From Mantamonas sphyraenae STR306 (lineage: Eukaryota > Protista > CRuMs): 64,000 nucleotides of DNA. The stretch is from NCBI GenBank assembly GCA_026936335.1, contig JAPMXV010000018.1, positions 186,001-250,000 on the forward strand. The letters run 5' to 3'. The notes beneath the pieces are model-generated. The model was not told the DNA's origin. It ran no database searches and saw only the letters and a list, made by a program, of their open reading frames with translations. The translations under genes and the position numbers were made by a program. Of the stretch, positions 24,669-34,235 are shown piece by piece. Each line of letters starts with the position of its first letter. Position 1 is the first letter of the stretch.

Positions 24669-26963
24669 AATGTACATTATCTTTCTCATCGTCGACACAC
24701 TTGCTCGTTCCAATGCACGTGTGCCCCGCTCCCAGCACAACGCCTGTCCTTCAGGCCGTCTCCTCAATCACTCCCTGCTCCTTCAGCAGCTTGAATGCTC
24801 CATCGTAGAACGAGTGGAACTCAAAGATGTCGCCCTGCGTTCGGATAAACTCCACCACGTGCTCTTCCTCGTTGTTCCCCGCATACAGGTTCACCGTAAA
24901 ACGGATGTTCTCGTCCGCAATGTCCTCGTTCTCGTCGTTCTCCTCATCCAGCACAAGGTGTGCATCAATGAAGTATCCCTTGTCGTTCACGTCAAACTCC
25001 AGACGCTGGCCCTCTCCCAGGTTCCCGGCAAGCTCCTCCAGCACTGCCTTCACCTCCTCAAGCACATCTCCAGGCTCTGCCTTCGTCACAAACGAGCTGT
25101 GGTTCCATCCGTTCGCGTGGTAGCTAGGCAGCGTGCTCAGCAGCTCCCCAGTCTCCGCGCTGCGGTACGCACCCGTCTCAGAGTCAAAGTCAAGCACGCT
25201 CAGCTCGTCAGCCATCACCGTGATCGACTCCGCGCTGTCCATGTCCAGTTGCACATTGCGCGACCCAGCCCCCGCCGCAAGGTTCGATCGCACAACCTCC
25301 GCGTCGTCCCAGTCCAGTCCATCCTCTCCCATGCTGTCCATCTCCAGCCACGGGTGCTGCAGCACCTCCATGATTGTCGGACGCGCCTCAGGGTCTGCGT
25401 TCCACATGTAGTTGATAAAGTCCGGCAGTCCAGGGTACTCCTTCTCAAACCACGACGGGAACTCGTACTCTCCGTAGTTCACCAGGTACGAGAACTTGCT
25501 CGAACGACGCAGGTCCGGCTGGAACGGATACTCCATCGCAAGCATCACGTACAGGAACACTCCCGCTGCCCACACGTCCGTCTTGTACGGATCATAGTCC
25601 GTCTTGTACTCGCGCGCGTCAAAGATCTCCGGTGCCATGTACTTCTTCGTGCCCGAAAAGTGGTGCATCGCGTCCACTCCCACACGTGCAAACCCAAAGT
25701 CGCACAGCTTCAGCGTCTCGTCGCTGTTCACAAGCACATTCTCCAGCTTGATGTCTCGGTGCGACACCTCGTTCACGTGGCAATGCGCAATCCCCAACGC
25801 CACCTGTCGGAAGTAGAACCGTGCCTCCTCCGCACTGAACCGCTTCCCTTCCACCTGCTTGTCTCGCACGCGTCCAAAGAACGACCCGTCGTTCACATAG
25901 TCCAGCGCCAGGTAGTAGTTCAGCTTGTCCTCGTACAGGTTCAACAGGTTCACCACGTTCGGGTGGCTCAGCACACGCATCGTCTGGATTTCGTTCTCAA
26001 TGTACTTGCTGTTCCTCTGCTTTGCAAGCACCTTCATCGCCGTCGGCTTCTTCGTGTCCCGGTGCTCTCCAAACACAACCATTCCGTACGATCCCTTGCC
26101 CAGGCATCGCACAGGCAGTGCGTTGTCCTCCGTCTCCAGCACTTCCGTCGACCCGTTCACCTTTTGGTAGATCACATAGTCACCAATCTGGATGTGCGGC
26201 GACCGCTTCGTCTGGTTCTTGTTCATCACCTGTTCTCCCCATCCCAACCCACATCTGGTGTCAGTTTCCCCTCCTCTCCCTCCCTAGTGCGGACTCGTTT
26301 CGCTCTCTCATTTCTTCTCTCCTCGGCTCCTCCCCCGCTTGCTTTCTATCCACGCCCCTCCTCTCATCCACACACTCGCCTCCACTCCATCTGCCCCTCC
26401 TTCCCCTCCACACTCACCTTGCGCAGATAGTCCATCTTGTTTCACGTGTCTGCACACACCCCATCCCGCCCGTTCCGTGTCAGTCCACACTCAGCCTCAC
26501 CTTGTTTTTCTCCGCCCGAGATGCCCTTTGCTCGAAAAACGCCCCCCGGCTCTTATCCAGCCCCGCATCCACCCATACACTCCTCACTCCCCTCCCCCAT
26601 CCACACTCCACACATCCTCATCCCTTTTCCAAACATCTCCACACCATCTGCCCTCCTCCATCCCTCTCTATCCATCCCTGTCGCTCCCGACAACTCCTCT
26701 CTTCTCGGCTCTCGGCGTTTGCGCTGAACCCGGAACCACTTCCGTCCTCGCACAACGCAACCATCTCCCGTCTTCTCTCCAACCCGCGCTCGACATGCAA
26801 CACTTTCCTCCTTGCTATTCCACACATCCATCGACACACGTCCTCGCTTGGCCTCCTACTCACCTGCGTTTGTGTGGGGTGTTTGGTTTTTTGTTTGCTT
26901 TCAGCTTGTTCCGCACTGCGCATCCATCCACATCCTGCTTTTCAACTGCCGTGCACCCGTTCC
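24669..26963. repeat. Segmental duplication, copy 1 (about 2.3 kb, direct repeat of 29670-31961)
   Basis: Near-identical sequence from AATGTACATTATCTTTC to CAACTGCCGTGCACC.GTTCC at an offset of about 5.0 kb. Confidence 0.97.
24751..26226 (-). CDS. CAMK-group (CIPK/Chk1-like) Ser/Thr kinase with KA1-like C-terminal domain, copy 1
   Basis: LGKGSYG, AMK, HRDIKLEN, DFG, YMAPE, DVWAAG; C-terminal HVVEFIRTQGDIFEFHSFY. First ATG 26226; upstream intron 26863-26230 (GTGAGT..ACTGAC..AACAG), with a possible 20-codon first exon from 26923. Confidence 0.92.
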   Translation of the reverse strand: MNKNQTKRSPHIQIGDYVIYQKVNGSTEVLETEDNALPVRCLGKGSYGMVVFGEHRDTKKPTAMKVLAKQRNSKYIENEIQTMRVLSHPNVVNLLNLYEDKLNYYLALDYVNDGSFFGRVRDKQVEGKRFSAEEARFYFRQVALGIAHCHVNEVSHRDIKLENVLVNSDETLKLCDFGFARVGVDAMHHFSGTKKYMAPEIFDAREYKTDYDPYKTDVWAAGVFLYVMLAMEYPFQPDLRRSSKFSYLVNYGEYEFPSWFEKEYPGLPDFINYMWNADPEARPTIMEVLQHPWLEMDSMGEDGLDWDDAEVVRSNLAAGAGSRNVQLDMDSAESITVMADELSVLDFDSETGAYRSAETGELLSTLPSYHANGWNHSSFVTKAEPGDVLEEVKAVLEELAGNLGEGQRLEFDVNDKGYFIDAHLVLDEENDENEDIADENIRFTVNLYAGNNEEEHVVEFIRTQGDIFEFHSFYDGAFKLLKEQGVIEETA

Positions 26964-26994
26964 AAACATCGAATCTTGGCGCGCACATGCCGCT

Positions 26995-29099
26995 TCAGGC
27001 AGGTCGCCATCCACTCAAGCGGCGCATGTCGCCGTACAGCCGCACTACCACGCCCAGGATCAACATGAGCGAGATCACCACAATGGCCCAGCCCACGGGT
27101 GAAGAAGGATACGACAACGACCCTTCGTTTGCCCTTCGCCTGTGAGCGGGTGTGAGGTACGTCAAATCCTCCTGGTGTGCCCATGCGTCTGCAGCCCACT
27201 TTGCCTCCAGTTCTTGGATGACTTGGAAGACGCGAGCCCACTCGTTGGGCGCATCCTTCACCTTCCTTATCCTCTGTTGCATCATGTCCACACTGACGTT
27301 GTATCGCTGTGCCATCTGGGCCAGCAACTGCATCTTGTGCTTCTCCTCCTCTACGCCAAGTCCACCAGCACCAGCACCAGCCACAGCAACAACCCCACTG
27401 CTCACACCAGCACTGTCCACGCTGCTGCCAGCCGCAAGCGATGTCCCCTTTCCGCTGGCGGCACTTGCCAAACTCGAGTTGCTCTGACTCGACGACAACG
27501 AGCCGGAAGTGCGCTGCTCGTGGTGCTTCAAGCCCTCCAGCAGCTTTGCATTCTCCTCCAGCTTCTGCGTCAATTCCAGATTTTGCTCCTGCGTGCGTTG
27601 CAGCTCCATTTCCAGTTCCTCCAGTTCCATCAGCTTGTGTGCCTGCGACTGCTCCGCCTTTTTCATCTGCCGGTACTCCTCCATGTAATCCTCCAGCTCC
27701 TTCACACGCGTCTGCAGTGTGTTGATTTTGCTTGTGGCCGAACTCATACGTGCCTCCGACGCCTCCAGCTCCCGCTTGAGACGCACTTCGGCACTCTTGG
27801 AAGGGGTGCGCTTCTCCATCTCCCGCAGCTGTGAACCCATCTTGGTCAGCAGCGACTGCTGGTTGCTGTTCTGCTCCTGTTCCACCTCCAGGCTCTGTTT
27901 CAGCGTCGCCACCTGCCTCTTGAGCTCCACCACAGTGTCGTACAAGGTCGTCTTGGCCTCCCGCAACTCCTTCAGCTCCGCCCGCGATTGTGTCTCCTGG
28001 GTCAGCAGGTTGCGTGTCACCTCAAACAGCCCTTTGACTTCTGTGTCCAAGCTTCGATTGGATGCCTCCACAGCCTGCATCGACTCGTGCTGCTGTTGCC
28101 ACGCCTCGCTCAGCTCCACCACGGCCTCCTGCAGTCCATGCGTCGTTTCAAACTGTGCTGTCTTGCGTGTGAACATGCGAGGCGTGTTTTCGTGCTTGTG
28201 GAACAGTTTCGAGTCGTCCAGCACGGTCGTCGTCGATGAGATTTCCAGGTGCATCTCCACGCTTTCGTACACCTCCAACCGGGACTCGTTCGCCTCCAGC
28301 AGGTCACAAAGCTCCTCACGCCCGTGGTTGCGGATGCTATCATTCAAGTCCTCCTTGTTCAGAGTCTTTGTTGACTCGATGATGTCCAGGTACTTGCGTG
28401 CGTGCGGTCCCTGGAGTGCGGCCGCCAACACCGCTGCCGCAACGCGTCGCACCTTCTCCTCCGTCGGCGCATCCCCGCTGTCGATCGTGTCGTACTGGGG
28501 TACAATCACAGGGTGGTGTGTCAACCGGTGCACCCGCGACAACACCGTGTGCACTGCCCCGAGCACAAGGCCCAGGTTGCGAGCGTGCGTCTCTTCCGAA
28601 TAGTTCTCCTGGAACACGACGTCCAGCGACTCGTGCAGCTCTGGCATACTGCACACATGGAACCGGTGTGCGTATGTTCATTGTCTCAGTCATGTGTCAG
28701 TGTGTGCCCAGCCAGTCTTCCCGCCCATTCATCGCAGCAGCCCTTTCAACGCAACTCTCGCGCCAAAATCCGCGTTCACCACAACGTTCACCCTTCCGTG
28801 TCCAAACACGACCACCTACATGTCAACCAAGATGCTTGCAAAGGCAAGTCCATCCGACAGCTCGATGATTTCGTCGCCCACGCCGTCCCCGGACACTACA
28901 GAGTCCTCAGGAACGCTTGCCTTGACCTGAACGATCTCGCCGTGTCAGTCCATATGATTGTTACAAATTCACCCACTCTGCACACACCCCTGCCCAACGC
29001 CACTGTCACCAGCCCACATGGCCCTCACACAAAGCACGCAGGGACTTCCATCCCAACTCCTGCTCGTGTGCTTACCCATTCGAAAAGAGCGTCCGTCAT
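26995..29099 (-). CDS. Hook-domain (CH-like) coiled-coil protein with C-terminal TM anchor
   Basis: ATG 29099 MTDALFEW| (GTAAGC donor), exon VKAS..ELSDGLAFASILVD, then exon from 28648. VRRVAAAVLAAALQG..KYLDII resembles the Hook domain; long heptad region; terminal VGWAIVVISLMLILGVVV + RLYGDMRRLSGWRPA. Confidence 0.65.
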
Positions 29100-29135
29100 G
29101 CCGTGCTGTTTGTCTGCTCGGGCATACGCAAACCA

Positions 29136-29579
29136 ATGACCAGCGCACAGGACAAGGACGCAAAGTTTGAGCGTCCCAGTTGCACTCCCATCTTTGACGA
29201 GATCTGGTTTTGCTACAGTAAGTGGACGCTGCGACTGCTGTGGCTGTGTGGGAGGCGCCTCCGAACATGCCGCCGAGCTCACGCCAATCGTTCGCCTCCA
29301 CGCGCAGCGCCCATCCACCAGACCACGTCGCTGTACAGAGAAGGAAAGCTCGACAACTGCAACCAGCTGTGGGCCAGGTTCTGGGAATGCCAACGCATCA
29401 AGGCTTTGGTCAGCAGCAAAGAAGCCAAGGAGGCCTTGGAGGCAAGCACGCTCATGAAGAAGCACGTCAACGACGTCTGGAAGTACCGCGAGGAACCACC
29501 CAACTTTCCGTCATATCGCAAAGGCGATAATGCACCCAAGAAACCGTCATCCTCATCCGACAACGAGCATGTGCTGTAA
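29136..29579 (+). CDS. EMI1/DUF3128-like small twin-Cys protein
   Basis: SCTPIFDEIWFCYT|PIHQ..LYREGKLDNC..WARFWEC..DVWKYREEPP. Intron 29218-29307. Confidence 0.75.
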   Translation: MTSAQDKDAKFERPSCTPIFDEIWFCYSKWTLRLLWLCGRRLRTCRRAHANRSPPRAAPIHQTTSLYREGKLDNCNQLWARFWECQRIKALVSSKEAKEALEASTLMKKHVNDVWKYREEPPNFPSYRKGDNAPKKPSSSSDNEHVL

Positions 29580-29669
29580 TGGGGGCTCTGGACCGCGTCG
29601 GAACATGCGACCACCAAACCTCACCTCAACCCTCCGGCACGAAACCAAGCGACACAGCAACCTTTCAAC

Positions 29670-31961
29670 AATGTACATTATCTTTCTCATCGTCGACACA
29701 CTTGCTCGTTCCAATGCACGTGTGCCCCGCTCCCACAACGCCTGTCCTTCAGGCCGTCTCCTCAATCACTCCCTGCTCCTTCAGCAGCTTGAATGCTCCA
29801 TCGTAGAACGAGTGGAACTCAAAGATGTCGCCCTGCGTTCGGATAAACTCCACCACGTGCTCTTCCTCGTTGTTCCCCGCATACAGGTTCACCGTAAAAC
29901 GGATGTTCTCGTCCGCAATGTCCTCGTTCTCGTCGTTCTCCTCATCCAGCACAAGGTGTGCATCAATGAAGTATCCCTTGTCGTTCACGTCAAACTCCAG
30001 ACGCTGGCCCTCTCCCAGGTTCCCGGCAAGCTCCTCCAGCACTGCCTTCACCTCCTCAAGCACATCTCCAGGCTCTGCCTTCGTCACAAACGAGCTGTGG
30101 TTCCATCCGTTCGCATGGTAGCTAGGCAGCGTGCTCAGCAGCTCCCCAGTCTCCGCGCTGCGGTACGCACCCGTCTCAGAGTCAAAGTCAAGCACGCTCA
30201 GCTCGTCAGCCATCACCGTGATCGACTCCGCGCTGTCCATGTCCAGCTGCACATTGCGCGACCCAGCCCCCGCCGCAAGGTTCGATCGTACAACCTCCGC
30301 GTCATCCCAGTCCAGTCCGTCCTCTCCCATGCTGTCCATCTCCAGCCACGGGTGCTGCAGCACCTCCATGATCGTCGGACGCGCCTCAGGGTCTGCGTTC
30401 CACATGTAGTTGATAAAGTCCGGCAGTCCAGGGTACTCCTTCTCAAACCACGACGGGAACTCGTACTCTCCGTAGTTCACCAGGTACGAGAACTTGCTCG
30501 AACGACGCAGGTCCGGCTGGAACGGATACTCCATCGCAAGCATCACGTACAGGAACACTCCCGCTGCCCACACGTCCGTCTTGTACGGATCATAGTCCGT
30601 CTTGTACTCGCGCGCGTCAAAGATCTCCGGTGCCATGTACTTCTTCGTGCCCGAAAAGTGGTGCATCGCGTCCACTCCCACACGTGCAAACCCAAAGTCG
30701 CACAGCTTCAGCGTCTCGTCGCTGTTCACAAGCACGTTCTCCAGCTTGATGTCTCGGTGCGACACCTCGTTCACGTGGCAATGCGCAATCCCCAACGCCA
30801 CCTGTCGGAAGTAGAACCGCGCCTCCTCCGCACTGAACCGCTTCCCTTCCACCTGCTTGTCTCGCACACGTCCAAAGAACGACCCGTCGTTCACATAGTC
30901 CAGCGCCAGGTAGTAGTTCAGCTTGTCCTCGTACAGGTTCAGCAGGTTCACCACGTTCGGGTGGCTCAGCACACGCATCGTCTGGATCTCGTTCTCAATG
31001 TACTTGCTGTTCCTCTGCTTTGCAAGCACCTTCATCGCCGTCGGCTTCTTCGTGTCCCGGTGCTCTCCAAACACAACCATTCCGTACGATCCCTTGCCCA
31101 GGCATCGCACAGGCAGTGCGTTGTCCTCCGTCTCCAGCACTTCCGTCGACCCGTTCACCTTTTGGTAGATCACATAGTCACCAATCTGGATGTGCGGCGA
31201 CCGCTTCGTCTGGTTCTTGTTCATCACCTGTTCTCCCCATCCCAACCCACATCTGGTGTCAGTTTCCCCTCCTCTCCCTCCCTAGTGCGGACTCGTTTCG
31301 CTCTCTCATTTCTTCTCTCCTCGGCTCCTCCCCCGCTTGCTTTCTATCCACGCCCCTCCTCTCATCCACACACTCGCCTCCACTCCATCTGCCCCTCCTT
31401 CCCCTCCACACTCACCTTGCGCAGATAGTCCATCTTGTTTCACGTGTCTGCACACACCCCATCCCGCCCGTTCCGTGTCAGTCCACACTCAGCCTCGCCT
31501 TGTTTTTCTCCGCCCGAGATGCCCTTTGCTCGAAAAACGCCCCCCGGCTCTTATCCAGCCCCGCATCCACCCATACACTCCTCAATCCCCTCTCCCATCC
31601 ACACTCCACACATCCTCATCCCTCTTCCAAACATCTCCACACCATCTGCCCTCCTCCATCCCTCTCTATCCATCCCTGTCGCTCCCGACAACTCCACACT
31701 TCTCGGCTCTCGGCGTTTGCGCTGAACCCGGAACCACTTCCGTCCTCGCACAACGCAACCATCTCCCGTCTCCTCTCCAACCCGCGCTCGACATGCAACA
31801 CCTTCCTCCTTGCTATTCCACACATCCATCGACACACGTCCTCGCTTGGCCTCCTACTCACCTGCGATTGTGTGGGGTGTTTGGTTTTTTGTTTGCTTTC
31901 AGCTTGTTCCGCACTGCGCATCCATCCACATCCTGCTTTTCAACTGCCGTGCACCGGTTCC
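29670..31961. repeat. Segmental duplication, copy 2
   Basis: Direct repeat of 24669-26963. Confidence 0.97.
29749..31224 (-). CDS. CAMK-group (CIPK/Chk1-like) kinase, copy 2
   Basis: ORF-track protein is identical to copy 1; upstream intron 31861-31228. Confidence 0.92.
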   Translation of the reverse strand: MNKNQTKRSPHIQIGDYVIYQKVNGSTEVLETEDNALPVRCLGKGSYGMVVFGEHRDTKKPTAMKVLAKQRNSKYIENEIQTMRVLSHPNVVNLLNLYEDKLNYYLALDYVNDGSFFGRVRDKQVEGKRFSAEEARFYFRQVALGIAHCHVNEVSHRDIKLENVLVNSDETLKLCDFGFARVGVDAMHHFSGTKKYMAPEIFDAREYKTDYDPYKTDVWAAGVFLYVMLAMEYPFQPDLRRSSKFSYLVNYGEYEFPSWFEKEYPGLPDFINYMWNADPEARPTIMEVLQHPWLEMDSMGEDGLDWDDAEVVRSNLAAGAGSRNVQLDMDSAESITVMADELSVLDFDSETGAYRSAETGELLSTLPSYHANGWNHSSFVTKAEPGDVLEEVKAVLEELAGNLGEGQRLEFDVNDKGYFIDAHLVLDEENDENEDIADENIRFTVNLYAGNNEEEHVVEFIRTQGDIFEFHSFYDGAFKLLKEQGVIEETA

Positions 31962-31962
31962 T

Positions 31963-33567
31963 TCATCCCATGAGGGCTTGCACGTCTGCGACGAGCTCCT
32001 TGGTGATGCTGCTTGCTTCCACTTTGCTGAGATCCAGCTCCATAGCCACACAGAGGTCTTTGGCCATCTCGTTGCCCTTGATGAGAAACCCGATGGCCAG
32101 CAGCATACGGTTGATCACATCCTCGTCTTGTTCTGCACTGCCCGACGAACTCTCTGCGTTCTCCTCACCATGGTACAGTGAGTTGAACGCTTGTGCCGTG
32201 GCACTGACAGCCATCACCACCCTGTCCTCGTAGTCGTCCTCTGCACTGCCGTGCACCTCATGCAGCATCCTTCCCACGTTGCAAAACAGGGCTGCCGCAG
32301 TGCCTCGGACCTGCTTGTGGCTGGAGCCGAGACCTTTGCTCGCGGCATCCAGCACTTCCTGCAGGCCGTCCTCATCCAGGGCAAAGCCCATCCCCTCCTC
32401 GGTGGCAAACAGGTTGACAAACACACGCAAGCTCATGAGCACAAGGGGCATGGGCAGTGACGAGTCTTCGTCTGCTTCCAGGAAGCGCGTGAGCAACCCT
32501 CGGAGTAGATCCGGGCACGTTGTGGTAAAGTGCGAAGCTGCATCACGGTTACACAGCAGCACACGCAACACATCGACGACAGGGAACACCTTGTCGGTGG
32601 GCATGACCTCGTACAGAGTGGCTACGGTGTCAAACATGCCCTGAGTAAACACAGGGTACAACGCATCCTTGTCTCCGCTTTCAACCTGCTGTTGTCTTTC
32701 CATCTCTGTCTGCAGTGCACTCAACACGTCTGTGTCCACCTTGTCGTCCAGCTTGCTCTGTTTGATCTGCCCGCGGATGCGATCAAACACTGCCGGCACA
32801 CGCGTTGTGTTGAACACGACGGGCTTCACGTGCTTGTGGATGTGCATCACCTGCACGCTGGGTTGTGACTGAGTCATTCCAAATCCAGCCCCGCTATATC
32901 CGCTGCTTGCCTGTTCCTGGCCCGCAATGGCGTTGTGGCCTTCAAACTGCATCTTGTTGAACATTTCTTCGATCATGGGGCGCAGCATGCGTCCTCCAGG
33001 CGTGTTCATGGCCTCTTCAGGGAGGCCCGAAATGTACTCTGGGATGTTGCCGCCTGTGAGGAACTGGCATGCCTCTTGCGTAAAGTTGTTGCAGTTGTGC
33101 GTCAGCAGGTGGTAGTCTTGCGCCCGATATCGGTTGGCCACCTCCTGCACCCAGGCCATGAACACGTCTGGTTCAACGTCAGTGGAGCCGAGATCCACCA
33201 CGTCCACGGGATACCCGTACGGCGTCTGCATCTGTGCGAAGTGAGGCGGAATCCCGTCAGGAATTGCCCCTGCGTTTGTCTCACGGGCTCCTGGCACGGC
33301 TTACTGGAGGATCGCCAAAAATGCCCTGGCCGTAGTAGTACTCTGTATCGTAGACAACAATGCCGGTGTGCCTGGTGATGTGTGTGGATGGACGTGTGAG
33401 CGGCGGCAGGCGTGCAACGTTGCATCTCGTTTCCGCTTCCACGCAACAAGGCGCCGTGCATCGTACCAGATGCCATCGATAGACTGGCCAAGAATCATGC
33501 CACTGAAACTCTTGGCCATGCCTCCACTGAGGTCATAAACATGCAACGCGACTTTGTATTTGCCCAT
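31963..33567 (-). CDS. PPPDE/DeSI-type deubiquitinating/desumoylating peptidase with C-terminal PUL domain
   Basis: Exons 33567-33467, 33371-33305, 33231-31963. VALHVYDLS, GIWHTGIV (catalytic His), YHLLTHNCNNF (catalytic Cys), PUL-like FPVVDVLRV..MSLRVFVNLF. Confidence 0.88.
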
Positions 33568-33598
33568 CGGTGGCTGTTTGCTCACACTGGCGCAGGTG

Positions 33599-33624
33599 TT
33601 GTTGTTTGCACTGTGCTGTGCACA
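33599..33624 (+). repeat. Left terminal inverted repeat
   Basis: TTGTTGTTTGCACTGTGCTGTGCACA; equals the reverse complement of 39419-39444 except for one base. Confidence 0.85.
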
Positions 33625-34235
33625 CTCATGGCCCGTCTCGCAATGCAAAAATCAACGGTATAGTCGTATATTTAACGGAACAGCCAATGTCCGTGTTTCT
33701 ATGGATGGGTCTACCGTTGTGTGTTATTCCGTGTGATATCGTCACGCGTACGATCGACACGCTGCCAGGAGGTGGTAGAGACGTGGGTTGATCAGCCACG
33801 CTGGTTGGTATGGTGCACAGGTTTGCCACGAAGTGAATACGCTATGGAAGCGACGTCTGAGACCGTGGCCAGACGAAGGAAGTCTGGCGGTTGAGTGTTG
33901 TCAAGAGGGAGGTTGAATTCACCTTGCCGCCTCACCGTCCAACCTGCTTCGCAAAGAGGCCGAACCCATAAAGATGGACGCTAAAACAACACATGCCAGT
34001 GCTGCTGCAGGAATAGGGCGGGCAGCAATGGGTTTTGGCGATGGCAATCCATGCTTCGGATTGCCTGTAGGCGAAAGTGTATGTGCAGGACGCGGTGGTC
34101 AGCAATGGTGATCGTACACCAAAATGGGCCATGTTCAGTGTGTACAGACTGCTCGTGCCCTCTTGTAGTCAGCCACGTGTGTGAGCGCCCCCGTGTTGTC
34201 GTCCTCTGCCTCATCCAAGCAAAACACACAAGCAC

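Noticed and set aside
24751-26226. Kinase copies as retrogenes
   Set aside because: The duplicated unit includes an upstream intron with donor, branch point and acceptor, and has no poly(A) tail or TSD.
33625-34235. Possible transposase remnant or SWIM-type zinc finger upstream of Fanzor
   Set aside because: Only short ORFs with stops; the Cys-rich 88-aa ORF has no ATG start or convincing motif.
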